This document shows positions 12,219 through 24,100 of a stretch of DNA of 64,000 nt, in pieces (the first letter of the stretch is position 1; every line of letters starts with the position of its first letter). The DNA is taken from NCBI GenBank assembly GCA_016748015.1, contig JAAOMT010000521.1, positions 280,907 to 344,906 of the forward strand. Reading direction: 5' to 3'. A program made the position numbers and the translations under genes. Below the pieces are notes generated by a model. That model saw only the letters and a program-made list of their open reading frames with translations. It searched no databases and had not been told where the DNA came from. The stretch comes from Geosiphon pyriformis uo1 (lineage: Eukaryota; Fungi; Glomeromycota).

Positions 12219-14655
12219 TGTTACAAGTTGGAATAACAAGTTAATTAATAACAAAAAAAAACAAAATTATAAAATAATAGAAATAATTAAAGAAAAAATT
12301 ACAATAAAAAAATAAATTAAATAAGTAAGAATTCAATATACATAATTAGTTTTATAAAAATTACAGTTACAAATCTTTTTTGGAAATTTAAAAATAAAAA
12401 AATAGTCTGTAATTATCAATAAAATAATATTACTGCTATTATTTTATGTTTTAACTTGGCAATTTTTAGAATTAATAACAAATATTATTATGTTTTTTAA
12501 TTATTTTTTTATTTAATAAATTACAAAAACAAGTAATTACTTCTCAAGCTAATTCTAATAATACAAATTAAAAAAAAAAAAATAGGGTATATAAATACTA
12601 ACAAATAATTTTTTATCTTAAAATATTTAGATACTTAAAAATAGAAAAATAAAAATAAATAAAATAAAAAATAATAATTAATAGTGAATTTTATTTTGTT
12701 ATTTTGATTATGTTTTTCTATAGCTAAAAAATTTATTGTTTATATAGCTATAAAAAATAGTTAACAACTAGATTAACAATTAGATTATTAATTTGATTAA
12801 TAATCAGATTAATAATTAGATCAATAGTTAAGTTAATAATTAAGTTAATAATCACTATCTAAAAATAGAATGGCTAATTATATAACATTAATAGTTAATA
12901 TATGTGATAATTAATAAAAACTATAAGTTTTAATCATAATATTATTTTTTCTAAAAAGATTAAGCTTTAGCAAAATTAAACTATTTATAAGATATTTTAT
13001 TTAAAAAGTTTTATCTAACTTAAAATTAATTAGTTTTGTAAAGTTTTTTCTAAATAAAATATATAGTATCTAAAGTAAAATTAATTTTGTGTTAAAAAAA
13101 CCAAATTTTTGTATAAGAATTTTGGTTTTTTTAGCAATAATCAAAATTTTTAAAATATCTAATTGTATAATGTTTAAAATTTGTATTTGTATCTTAAAAG
13201 TTGTTTTTTTTATAAGTTTTATGTCTTTTATAATTTTACCAAATCAACTATAGAGTTTTAATTGTTTTTTATATGACAAGTTTTTGTCTATAAGCAAGAT
13301 TTTTTTTAATTATTTTTCTAAGTGTATTGAAAAGTAATAGTATAGTTACTATTATGCTTTCAAACATATATTTATCTATCTTATTATCAAGTTTTTCTCT
13401 TTTGATAATGGATTTTTTTGGTTTAATAGCAGTATATATTTTATTATTATTGGTTATAATAGTTTGTTTTTTAATAATTAGAATAGCATTTAGATAATTT
13501 TTAGTTTTATATTTATGGAAAGTATAAAAAGTGTTTTAAATATTTTGATTCAAGAAATAATTGTTAATATTAATTGAAGATATTTCTGTTTTAAAAATAA
13601 TATATTTATTTATATCTAATTTTTTTTAATCATTTGGACTGGTATTATCATAACAAATAACCAATTAAGTCATTTGTAATATTTCTTAAGTTGTATATTA
13701 TAAACAGAGTAATCATTAAAGATTGTTATATATTAATCTTGTAAAATATAAAAACTATTATTCAAAACTTTTTTGAATATAAAGAGTTTTTTTTACTAAT
13801 TAGAAAATTTATTACCATAGATATTGTCTTTGTTTGAATGGTATTTCAAATACTAAGTTACTAAAACTTAAAGAAAACATTTTATAGATTTTTTTTCTTA
13901 AGCTTTTTTTAGAACTGTTTTTTTTTTTCAAAAACAATTATTTGTGCTTCTATTAAAGAATTAAGAATAATATTAATTTTTTTTTGTAAAATATTTTTGT
14001 AATTTTCTATTTTAATTTTTTTAAAAAGTATTATTTTAATGTTTGTTTTTATTAGTAAAATTGCTATTTATTCATAGAGCAAATAAAAAAGTTCATAATT
14101 TATTATGTTATAATTTGCAGTTTTATAAATAAACAAAACTAAAAGCAGTACTTTGAATTATAAGTTTATTTTTTCATTAGTTTTGACCAAGATTTTATAT
14201 AGTGTTTTATTGAAATATTTTACTAAGCTGTTTATTTAAGTATAATAAAAAGAAAAAAATTTATAATATTTTTCCATTTTTCTACAAAGTTTTTCAACTA
14301 ATATACTAAAAAAAGCTCTTTTTCTATTAAATAAAAAATTTTTTAAGCAGTCATAATAATAAATAATTTTTTTAAAATTGAAATTGGCTATTAAAACTGC
14401 TGTTTGGTTTAAAGTGGCTTTTGCTTTTACTTACTTTATAAAGTAGTCAGTAATTGTAATAATGTATTTATTGCCATTAAAAATTATTGTTAAAGATCTA
14501 ATAATATTTATATCAATTTTGTCAAATAGTTAACTAACAAAAATTAGATAAATATTTTTTACAATTAGGTTTTCTTTTTTTTTAACAGATATTATAGGTT
14601 TTAATATAATTAACAATGTTTTTTCTAAGATAAACTAATAATAGTAAGCAAGTAT
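12219..14655 (-). mobile_element. Heavily decayed family C Gypsy fragment (3' LTR 12219-12941, ORF3 region, integrase)
   Basis: Collinear with 48152-51545 once the solo LTR there is removed. Confidence 0.85.
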
Positions 14656-14965
14656 TATTACAGATAATTATTTTGAGTGTTAAAATAAATAACAAATCTG
14701 TAACTTAATATTTAATAGCTATTTCTAATGTTAATGGTTTTTGATGATTTTTAAATTTAAAAGTTTTGGTTAATAATAGACAGAGATTTACTTAATAATT
14801 GTTTTCCCAAATTTTTTTTAATATAAAGACAAGTTTAATCTGGCAGTTATGTTTTTTTTATAAGTTATTCTTAAGTTTTTACTTTTGTTTTACAGATTTT
14901 TTACCAGGCTATTTTTGACATTAATATTTTAGTACTTAATTTTTTAATTAATTAGTACACAACAA
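14656..14965 (-). repeat. Truncated A-related LTR (U5 end)
   Basis: Reverse complement of the ...GTTTGTTATTT...AATCACCTGTAACA end; matches 55797 onward. Confidence 0.7.
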
Positions 14966-15526
14966 CCAAAAAAAACTTTTTTTTTGCTTTTAATCTAATT
15001 AATAATAATTATAACATAAATAAATTAGTTATTAATCTTTCTAAATTTACAAAAAAAAAGAAAAAAAACAAGATTGATTTTGTTTTAGGTTTTAATAAAG
15101 CCTTAACTTTTATTGTTAATAACAATAAGCCACTAAAGACTAAAGTTTTTAAGAATTCTTCAAAGTTAAAATTTCTAAAAATAATACAAAAATCTGGTTC
15201 TTATTTTATTATTAAAGATCTCATAAAAACTTTAGCTCATATTATTTTTGACCAGTTAATAACTCGTCTATAATTTAGAAAAAAATTTTACAAATTTTTA
15301 ATTTTAAAGAAAAAAACACCAAAAACCAATAAATATTTTTACCAAGCTGAACTTATTAACAATAATAATGTTACTTCTTTAATTTACAAAGTCCAAATGG
15401 CTGGTTATTTTATTAACTTGATTTTAGACAGTAAATTATTTGTAAGTATTATTGCTAAATACTTTTTAGAAACTATTAGTAAAAAAAATTAATAAATTTT
15501 TTACTAAATCTATAACTAATATATAT
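14966..15526 (+). mobile_element. Family C Gypsy gag-end/protease fragment (host of E2, left part)
   Basis: Reverse complement of 53965-54520; LILDS motif near 15420. Confidence 0.8.
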
Positions 15527-16331
15527 TGTTACTTATAGAATATAGAAAGTATATTAGTATATAAATTAGTAAATCAGAGATAAATGTAGTAAATGTGGAA
15601 TTCCAGGATTTTTCTTAGAAAAATTACAGAATTTTAAGAATTTTAGAATTCTCATACAAGGAATTACAGAATTCCAAAATTCTAGGATTCCTGGTGTAAA
15701 GAATTGAGAAATTGAGAAATCTTAATTATGTATATATAGCAGTAGTGTTAGAAGTAAAAAAAACAGACTTTTTTGTTTAGATTTTATCTAAACAATGTTC
15801 TAAATTTACAAATACCAATAAATAATTATTTGTTATCTCAATTTTCTCTCCATTATCAATATTTTATGTTGATAGTAACAAATACTTAACCCCACTGGAA
15901 CAATAGCTCTTGATCATGGCTATTAACAGAATACTAATATTTATTGTCTTGGCTTATTATTTTTTTTTTATCTTCTTTTCTTTTATTTTTGTTATTTTTT
16001 GTTGTTAACTAATTGATTAAGAAATAAGCACTAAGTTATTGATATTAAAGATTGCCTGGTAAAAGACCCCTGTAAGTAGATAAAACATGTAAAAAATATG
16101 GATTGCTTACCAGAAAATTGCTGACCATCAAGCCAAGAAAAAAATTGATAGAATTGCAATTTTGGGAGGCTATTGAACACAACCATTAAATCTCTGTCCA
16201 TTATATAAAGAACTCAACCAAAACCTTCAGACACTCAAAATCTTCAGATACCAACATTACTATATTATCAATTAAGTACCAAGTTATAGGTTTGTTATTT
16301 AATTTGAGACTCCAAATAATCACCTGTAACA
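15527..16331 (+). repeat. E2 5' LTR
   Basis: TGTTAC...GTAACA; matches 46044-46872. Confidence 0.95.
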
Positions 16332-16333
16332 TT

Positions 16334-16349
16334 TGGTGCTCCCTGTGAG
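16334..16349 (+). promoter_or_regulatory. Primer binding site TGGTGCTCCCTGTGAG
   Basis: 2 nt after the LTR; starts TGG (complement of tRNA CCA); nearly identical at 21118. Confidence 0.85.
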
Positions 16350-16369
16350 ATATAATCCTACAAAGAACT

Positions 16370-18032
16370 GGTATCAACAGCACTTATCCAAAACAGTGGC
16401 AGAATCTGAAAAAACAAAGACAAACCATTTGGAATTTGCAAAATTTTTATTCCAACATTATTACACTCATCTCAAATTAACAAATAATAGTTGGCCAACA
16501 GAATCAGCTTTCAATTGCTACATCAATAAAAGAATAGTATATTATTTGGGAGGCCAAGGAGATCCAAAATTCACTTTCAACAATTTTTTCAATAAACTAC
16601 TTCAAAGCACCACACTGCCAGAGAATTATTTATTTGCATTACTAATGATGGAAATAAATAGAGAAATAGAAAAATACACCAAACAAAAATTTTCCATTAC
16701 CTTTGCCAACAAAGAAAAAAGAAGATTGCAAACACCAGTAGGAATCTCAAAGCAAATACAATTACCTACTTGAAAGAAACAAAGAATCAATTCATCTGCT
16801 AATCCATCATACCATCACATGTCCGAAAGCACCATCAATATAACATCAACAGGCACATCTACCACAAACATAACAACATCACTAAACAAAATCTCATTCC
16901 AAAATAAACAGAAAAAAGCAGAGTTATTAGGAACATATAGTGATTACTTTGAGGAATTTAAATTACAATCTTCAATGCTATCAAGAACTTGATTACCATT
17001 ATCACAACCAAATTTTGGAACCATTAGTTCATGGAAAATAACTGATTCTGAGAAAAAAGAAGATAGTAATCAAGAAAATAATAAGAGAAATCTGATTTTA
17101 AAAAACCCAGAAGTTAAAACCCCGAATGTTCAAATCCAGAAAAACCCGATTTTAAAAAATCTGGAAATTGAAACCCCAAATATTCTAACTTCACAAAATC
17201 AGAACAATCTAAACCCTAACATTAATAATCAACAAAACTTACTTCTGATAATTATCATTAATCAGCCACCAATTAAACTGATTGTTAAACCAATTTAATA
17301 GCCACAAGTACCACCTCAACAACAACCACAACAGCCATTTCAACAACCATCACAACCACAACAGCTGCTCCTCATAGCTCTAATGACATATACTCTAATG
17401 CAAAAATCAAAAAATTTACTGGCAAAGAAGATAATACCCAGATATGACTAAACAATGTCAAAAAAGCCATCACAGCCAATAGATGGAATAACACCAGAGC
17501 CATGCAAGCCATCTCATACTTTTTTCAGGATACTGCTGACTCATGGTATCAAAGCTTGGCCAACAAACCTCAGGATTTTAATGCATTCAAGCTTGAGTTT
17601 TTACAATATTTCAGTAACAATAATAGTATTAATTACTTAACCAATATCTTTACCACTATTAAGCAAGAAAAAACTAAAGCAGTCACTACTTATCTAAGAT
17701 GCTTCTACAGGAATCTGCACCAAATCCAAACAATACAATCTAATTATTTCACAGCACTACAAATTTTAAATCAATTCATCAAAGACCTGTACAGTAACAT
17801 TTTTCAATATATATGTCCATTATATTCAGCAGATTTTCAAGCAGCAGTTATCTATGTCTGAGATTTTAAAGCAGCTGAATTAAAAGCCAATCATGTTCAA
17901 GCTGTAAATCTAGTAATGAATGGATTATTTGATCTGAATTCCAAATTGAAGCAGTTTAGTAATTCAATCAATCAGAAATTAGAGAAATACTTAGCTAACA
18001 ATCAGACAATCTATCAATCTCCACAATGACGT
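16370..18032 (+). pseudogene. E2 N-terminal extension plus Gag (continues at 39573)
   Basis: ESAFNCYINKRI; QAISYFFQDTADSWYQSL; interrupted by element D. Confidence 0.85.
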
Positions 18033-18999
18033 TGTTACTAGTAGAATTTTAGCTATTAATTAGCATGAAATTACTTTTATAATTCCTATTATTAATTAGC
18101 ATATATTATCATTAATTCGATTATTACTTATTATTTAATCAAATTATCAAATATCATTACTTAATTAATAATCCGATTTGTATTATAAAAATTAAGATGA
18201 TCAAATTACACAATACCCTAAACCATTTAATATAGTCAAAATTCACTGAAATTAATAAAAATTGGCCGAAATAATCAATAGTTCAGTGAAATAACTTGTA
18301 GTTTGCCAAAAGGTATCTTTAGTTCACCAAAATTGTAGCAAAAAAAAAGTACAAGTTCAAAGACTAGTACTATAACAAATTGTATAAAAGAAAAGCTTCT
18401 CTCTTTAAAAAAATATATTTTCTTATAGTATTATAACATAGTATCTTACTTCAGATATCTTAATTAGAACAAATCACCTTTTACACATTTCAAATAAAAA
18501 TTAAATATCTGAAAACCAAATTCTTTGATTATTATACTTGAAATTCTCTTAACACAACTAACATTTTGAAATTGATTAGTTACCAATTTCAGTAATCTGT
18601 TAGTGACTCCAGGCCTGAATAAAAAACGTTTTTCTTAACACAATTCTATTTCTTTTATATTTCTTATTTTTTTTTTTTCTTATTATAATTATTAGAGTAG
18701 CTTATAGACAAGATTCTTGTAGAAGAGTTGACTTTTACAGCAAAGTAACTACACATTTTTAGTGAGCTTCCAGATGAGCAATTCTTGGAAAAGAGTTGAT
18801 GTTTACTACAACATAACTACATAAAGTAACTGGCATAAAATTGGTTATTCCACTTATAAGCCTAGCAGTTCAAATTATAGGAGATAATTTGAAGATAAAT
18901 TCAATTATTGGAAGTTCAATTGCTTCTGGAAAATATGAAATTAGTAACAGATAAACAGTAACAACATTCAAGAAAAAAAACCAAAAACCTCCAGTAATA
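18033..18999 (+). repeat. Element D 5' LTR
   Basis: Matches 38616-39568 and, reversed, 22686-23510 and 58653-59392. Confidence 0.95.
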
Positions 19000-21149
19000 T
19001 TTGGTGCTCTTCCACAAAAATAACACAGCAATAACAATTTCAAAGTGGTGACCACACCAGACACATCAACTCTAGAGTATTATCAGTTAATTTACACTTA
19101 CTGTAAGCAAAGATTTAACATCCAAGATAGAATTAAAGTTGTCAAGAAATCAGTATACCAATATATTGAAAACTGCATTAACAATTATCTTTTTGAAAAC
19201 TACAACATTTTAGAAGTTAGAAACAACCTCTACAATAATTTATTGCACTATTCACAATTAGAAATTAAAGACCTTAACAGTAAAATACTTGCTACCTACT
19301 TTCAAAAACTTAACTTTAACATTATCTAGTGCTGTAAAGAAAACTACTCAGTACAATTTAAATACTCTATTAATTTTGAATCAGAAACAAAAACAAGCAA
19401 CAAAGGCAAACAAAAACTAAAGCAACACTTAAGTATCACTCCAAACACTCCAAAGACACCAAAAATAACTGCCAAATATTTGCAAACTTCAGAACAAAAA
19501 ACCAGCACCAGACTTCTACTCTCAATTACATTATTTCCAATTTTACTTGCTCAACCACAAACACCAAATTCACTATTTATCTATTTTTCAAGACCAGAAG
19601 ACTTTTAGTTACCTAAAAGTCCTATTTAACAACAGAAACCAATATCAACCAGCACCAATATTATTGATTACTTACAAAAAATGAAAGTAATTATTTAGAG
19701 AATTTAGAAAGTAAAGAAACTGAATTAGAACAAGAAAAAACTACAGAAAACGAAAAAAAAATGGCAACTGCTTATATTGCAAAGATTCCAGAATTCACTG
19801 GTAAAGATAATAATACCAGCTTTTAAGAATGCCTTGACAAAGTTCAGAAAACAAAAAATGCAAATAGATGGAATGCAACAAGAATGCTCAAAGCAATCTC
19901 ATACTTTCTTTAAGAAACTGCAGGAGAATGGTTTAAAAACTTAGAACTATTTGAAAACTGGCAAGCATTCAAAAATGCTTTCTTACAACAATTTACCAAC
20001 AACAACATTTCTATTACTCTCCATAATCACTTTCACAATATCAAATAAGAAACATCTGAAACTGTTATAACCTATCTTGGGAGATTCAACAAACTTCTTT
20101 GACAAATTTAATAATTAGAAACCAATGAATACTATTCCAATACCCAGATTTTGGATCAGTTTATAGCAGAATTGAAAGACAAGTTAATCAAGAAAGTTTG
20201 CCCACATGCCCCAAAAACTTTAGCAACAGCCATTAGACATTTTTACTCATAAAAAAAAACAGATATAGAAAATAATAGACCAATAGGAAAGTAGTAGTTA
20301 GCACGTGAGCATATTGCTCAACAATGTGAAACAATATCAGAAATTATGGCACATTGTTTAGCAATGTAGAGCAATATCAAAAAATCACAGCATATTGCTT
20401 AACAATATAGAATAATATTAGAAAATTAGGGCATATTGCTTAGCAATGTAAGAATTGCTCAAAAAATCATAGCACATCACTCGAAAATATGAGTGATCTC
20501 ATAGAACATCAATTATATATATATAGTAGTAGTATTAAAAAAAGAAAAGACAGATCTCTTAGTTTAGATTTGATCTAAGCAACATTTCACATCACAAATA
20601 TTAATAAATAATTATTCACTATCTCCAATTCACTCTTCACTATCAACACTCTATGTTGATACTAATTGATACTTAACCACACTAAAACAATAGCTCTTGA
20701 TTACAGCTATTGACAGAATACTAATGTGCAAATTGTCTTGGCTTATTTTCTTATTTTTTTTTCTTGCTTATTTTTTTTGTTGTTTTGTTAACTTGATTAA
20801 AAGAATTACATGTGGAGGTACTGACATCAGAATATAGTACTGGTAAAAGACTCAAAAATAAGAGTAGATATTCAGAATTAAGAATATCTTACCAGGAGGA
20901 TTACCAGCCATCACACTAAAAAAAAAATTGACAAAACTGTGGTTTTAGAAAGCTATAGATAAAACTATTAATTAAATCTCTGTTCATTATACAAAGAACT
21001 TAAACAAAACCTTCAGAAAACACGCTTTTAGAAAGTACCAACATCAATACATCAATTAAGTACCAAGTTACGAATTTGTTATTTGATTTGAGACCCCAAA
21101 TAATTACCTGTAACATTTGGTGCTCCCTGTGAAGTATAATCTTACAGAG

Positions 21150-24100
21150 AACCAGCATTAACAACAATTATCCAAAGGTAGCAGAATCAAAAATAATAGG
21201 GACAAACCATTTAGAATTTGCTAAATCCTTGTTTTAACAATACAGCCAACAATTGGGCTTAACCAACAACCATTATCCAGCAGAATCAGCTTTCAATTTT
21301 TACATCAATAAGAGAATCACAGATTTTCTTAGAAGATTAGTTAACATTAAATCAGCAAAAGAAAATTTTTATACAGAATTAATCAAACACACCAGCTTAC
21401 CACAAAATTACAGTTTTGTGTTAATCATCAGAGAAATTAATCAAGAATTAAAAAATACACTCAACAACAATTTCCTATTACCTACACAGATAAAGGTAAA
21501 AAAAAGTTACAAACACCAACAACAACTTCAAAAGAAATACAATTACTAATGTGGAAGAAACAAAAAATTAAATCTCCACTATATTCATCATACTATTACA
21601 TATTTGGAAGTACCATCAATATTACATCAACAGACACATCCACATCAAATATGACATCAACATTTGGGCAACTACTATTTCAAAGTAAACAGAAGAAAGT
21701 AGAATTATTAGGAACCTATAGCAATTACTTTAAAGAATTTAAATTATAATTGCCAACACCATTAAGATTCCAATTACCAGCATCTCCATCAGATTTCGAA
21801 ACTGCAAGTCCTTAGAAGATAATGGCATCAGAAAAAGAGAAAGAAGAGGAAGAAAAGAATCAAGAATTTAATTATTAAAATCTGATCACAGAAAATCTGG
21901 AAATTGAAACTCCACTAAATTAGACTGATCCCAACTCTAACATTAATAATCAACAACACTTACCTCTGGTAATCATTATTAATCTACCACCAGTTGCTAC
22001 ATTACAACAATTACTACCACAACAACAAAAACAATCAAACTTGGATTCAATAGTCTATGTCTCAATAGTGAAACTTGAAAGATTCACTGGTGAAAAGGAC
22101 AATATCCAAGTATGGCTAAATGATGTAAAAAAAGCCATCACAGCCAACAGATGGAATAACACCAGAACACTCTAAGTCATACCCTATTTTTTACAAGATA
22201 CTGCCAATTTGTGGTATCAAAGTTTAGCCATCAAACCTTAAACTTTCCAGGAATTTAAAATTGCATTCTTGGGATATTTCAGTAATAATAACAGTATTAA
22301 TTGCCTAGCCAATGCCTTCACTACAATCAAACAGGGAAAAATTAAAGCAGTTATCACTTACTTGGGACATTTCTACAAAAACTTGCACCAAATTCAAGCA
22401 ATCTAAGCTGACTATTTTACAGTGCCACAAATCCTGAACCAGTTTATCTGGGAACTGTGCAGTAGCATCCTCCAATACACCCAATGCATTCACAAACTTT
22501 CCAAGATGTAGTTACTAATCCACAAGATTTTGAAGTCACAGAACTCAAAGCTAATTACACCCAAGCCATTAATCTAGTCATGAATGGATAATCTAACTTG
22601 GATTACAAATTAAAACAACTTAATGATTCAATTAATCAGAAACTAAAAAGATACTTAACTGACAATCATGCAATTTATTAGCCACTGTTACCGGAGGTTT
22701 TTGGTCTCTTTTCTTAAATGTTGTTGATGCTTGTTTGCTGTGAATTCACGTTTTCTGGATGTGGTTGAACCTCCAGTAACTGAATTTATCTTCAAATTAT
22801 CTCCTATAATTTGAACCGCTGGGCTTATAAGTGGAATGGCCAATTCCGTGCCAGTTACTTTATGTAGTTACGTTGTAGTAAACGTCAACTCTTTCCCAGG
22901 AATTGCTCGTCTGGAAGCTCACTAAAAAATGTGTAGTTACTTTGCTGTGAAAGTCAACTCTTCTACAGGNNNNNNNNNNNNNNNNNNNNNNNNNNNNNNN
23001 NNNNNNNNNNNNNNNNNNNNNNNNNNNNNNNNNNNNNNNNNNNNNNNNNNNNNNNNNATGTAAAAAGTGATTTGTTATAATTAAGATATCTAAAGTAAAA
23101 TACTATGGTAAGATATGAGAAGATACATTTTCTTGAAGAGAGAAGCTCTTCTTTTATACAACTTGTTGTAGTACTAGTCTTTGAACTTGCACTTTTTCTT
23201 TTTTCTAGAATTTCGGTGAACTAAAGATACATTTCGGCGAACTACAAGTTATTTCGCTGAACTATGAATTATTTCGGCCAATTTTCATTAATTTCGGCGA
23301 ATTTTGGCTATGTTATATGGTTCAGGGTATTGTGTAAATTGATCATCTCAATTTCTATGGTCCAAATCGGGTTATTGATTAAATGATGATAATTGCTAAT
23401 TTGATTAAATAATAAGTGAAATTCGAAACGATAATAATATATGCTAATTAATGATAGGAATTATAAAGGAAATTTCATGCTAATTAATAGCTAAAATTCT
23501 ACTGGTAACACCACCTCAAAGATGCAATAATCCCAGAAACATGAATTGCTCCCAAAATCAGTCATGTTCTTCATCATCATCCAATCAGCCATAGCAGCAA
23601 AAGATGTATATCTGCCACAATTGTGGTAAACAAGGCCATTTGAGAATTGACTGCCATTTTCATAATAATAACTCATGATCAGAAAATCAATATTGAAAAC
23701 CCGATTGCAAGTTCCAAACTCCAAATCAAAACACAAATCAAGATCAATACTCATCTTATTACACCCAAATAATGCAACAGCCAATTTATTAACCATCAGT
23801 ATATCAAGCTCCAATCTATTAACCAACAACACCTGTAATTTATCAATCACAGCCACAACCTATCTATCAACTGCAGTTACAAGTAATATATCAACCTTCA
23901 CAAATTCAAACACCATTACAAAACTTACCTTAAAATAAAATCCAAAAACCGAGAATGACACAACAAAGCTGAAGATTGGTGATAGTAGTCCATCAACCAA
24001 TCTCCAGTTCTTCAATGCAACCATCAAAATCTTAACAATAGAATTTGAGCACCAGATACATTCAAAATCTGAATTTTCAACACTATTTAAGTCTCCTGAT

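Noticed and set aside
18870-19064. Antisense ORFs in family D LTRs (also 39439-39654) and many 60-130 aa antisense ORFs across the TEs
   Set aside because: Start from flanking sequence that differs between copies, or are shadows of A-rich coding strands
20299-20500. Regularly spaced palindromic repeats suggesting a CRISPR array
   Set aside because: No unique spacers, no cas genes; lies inside a eukaryotic LTR
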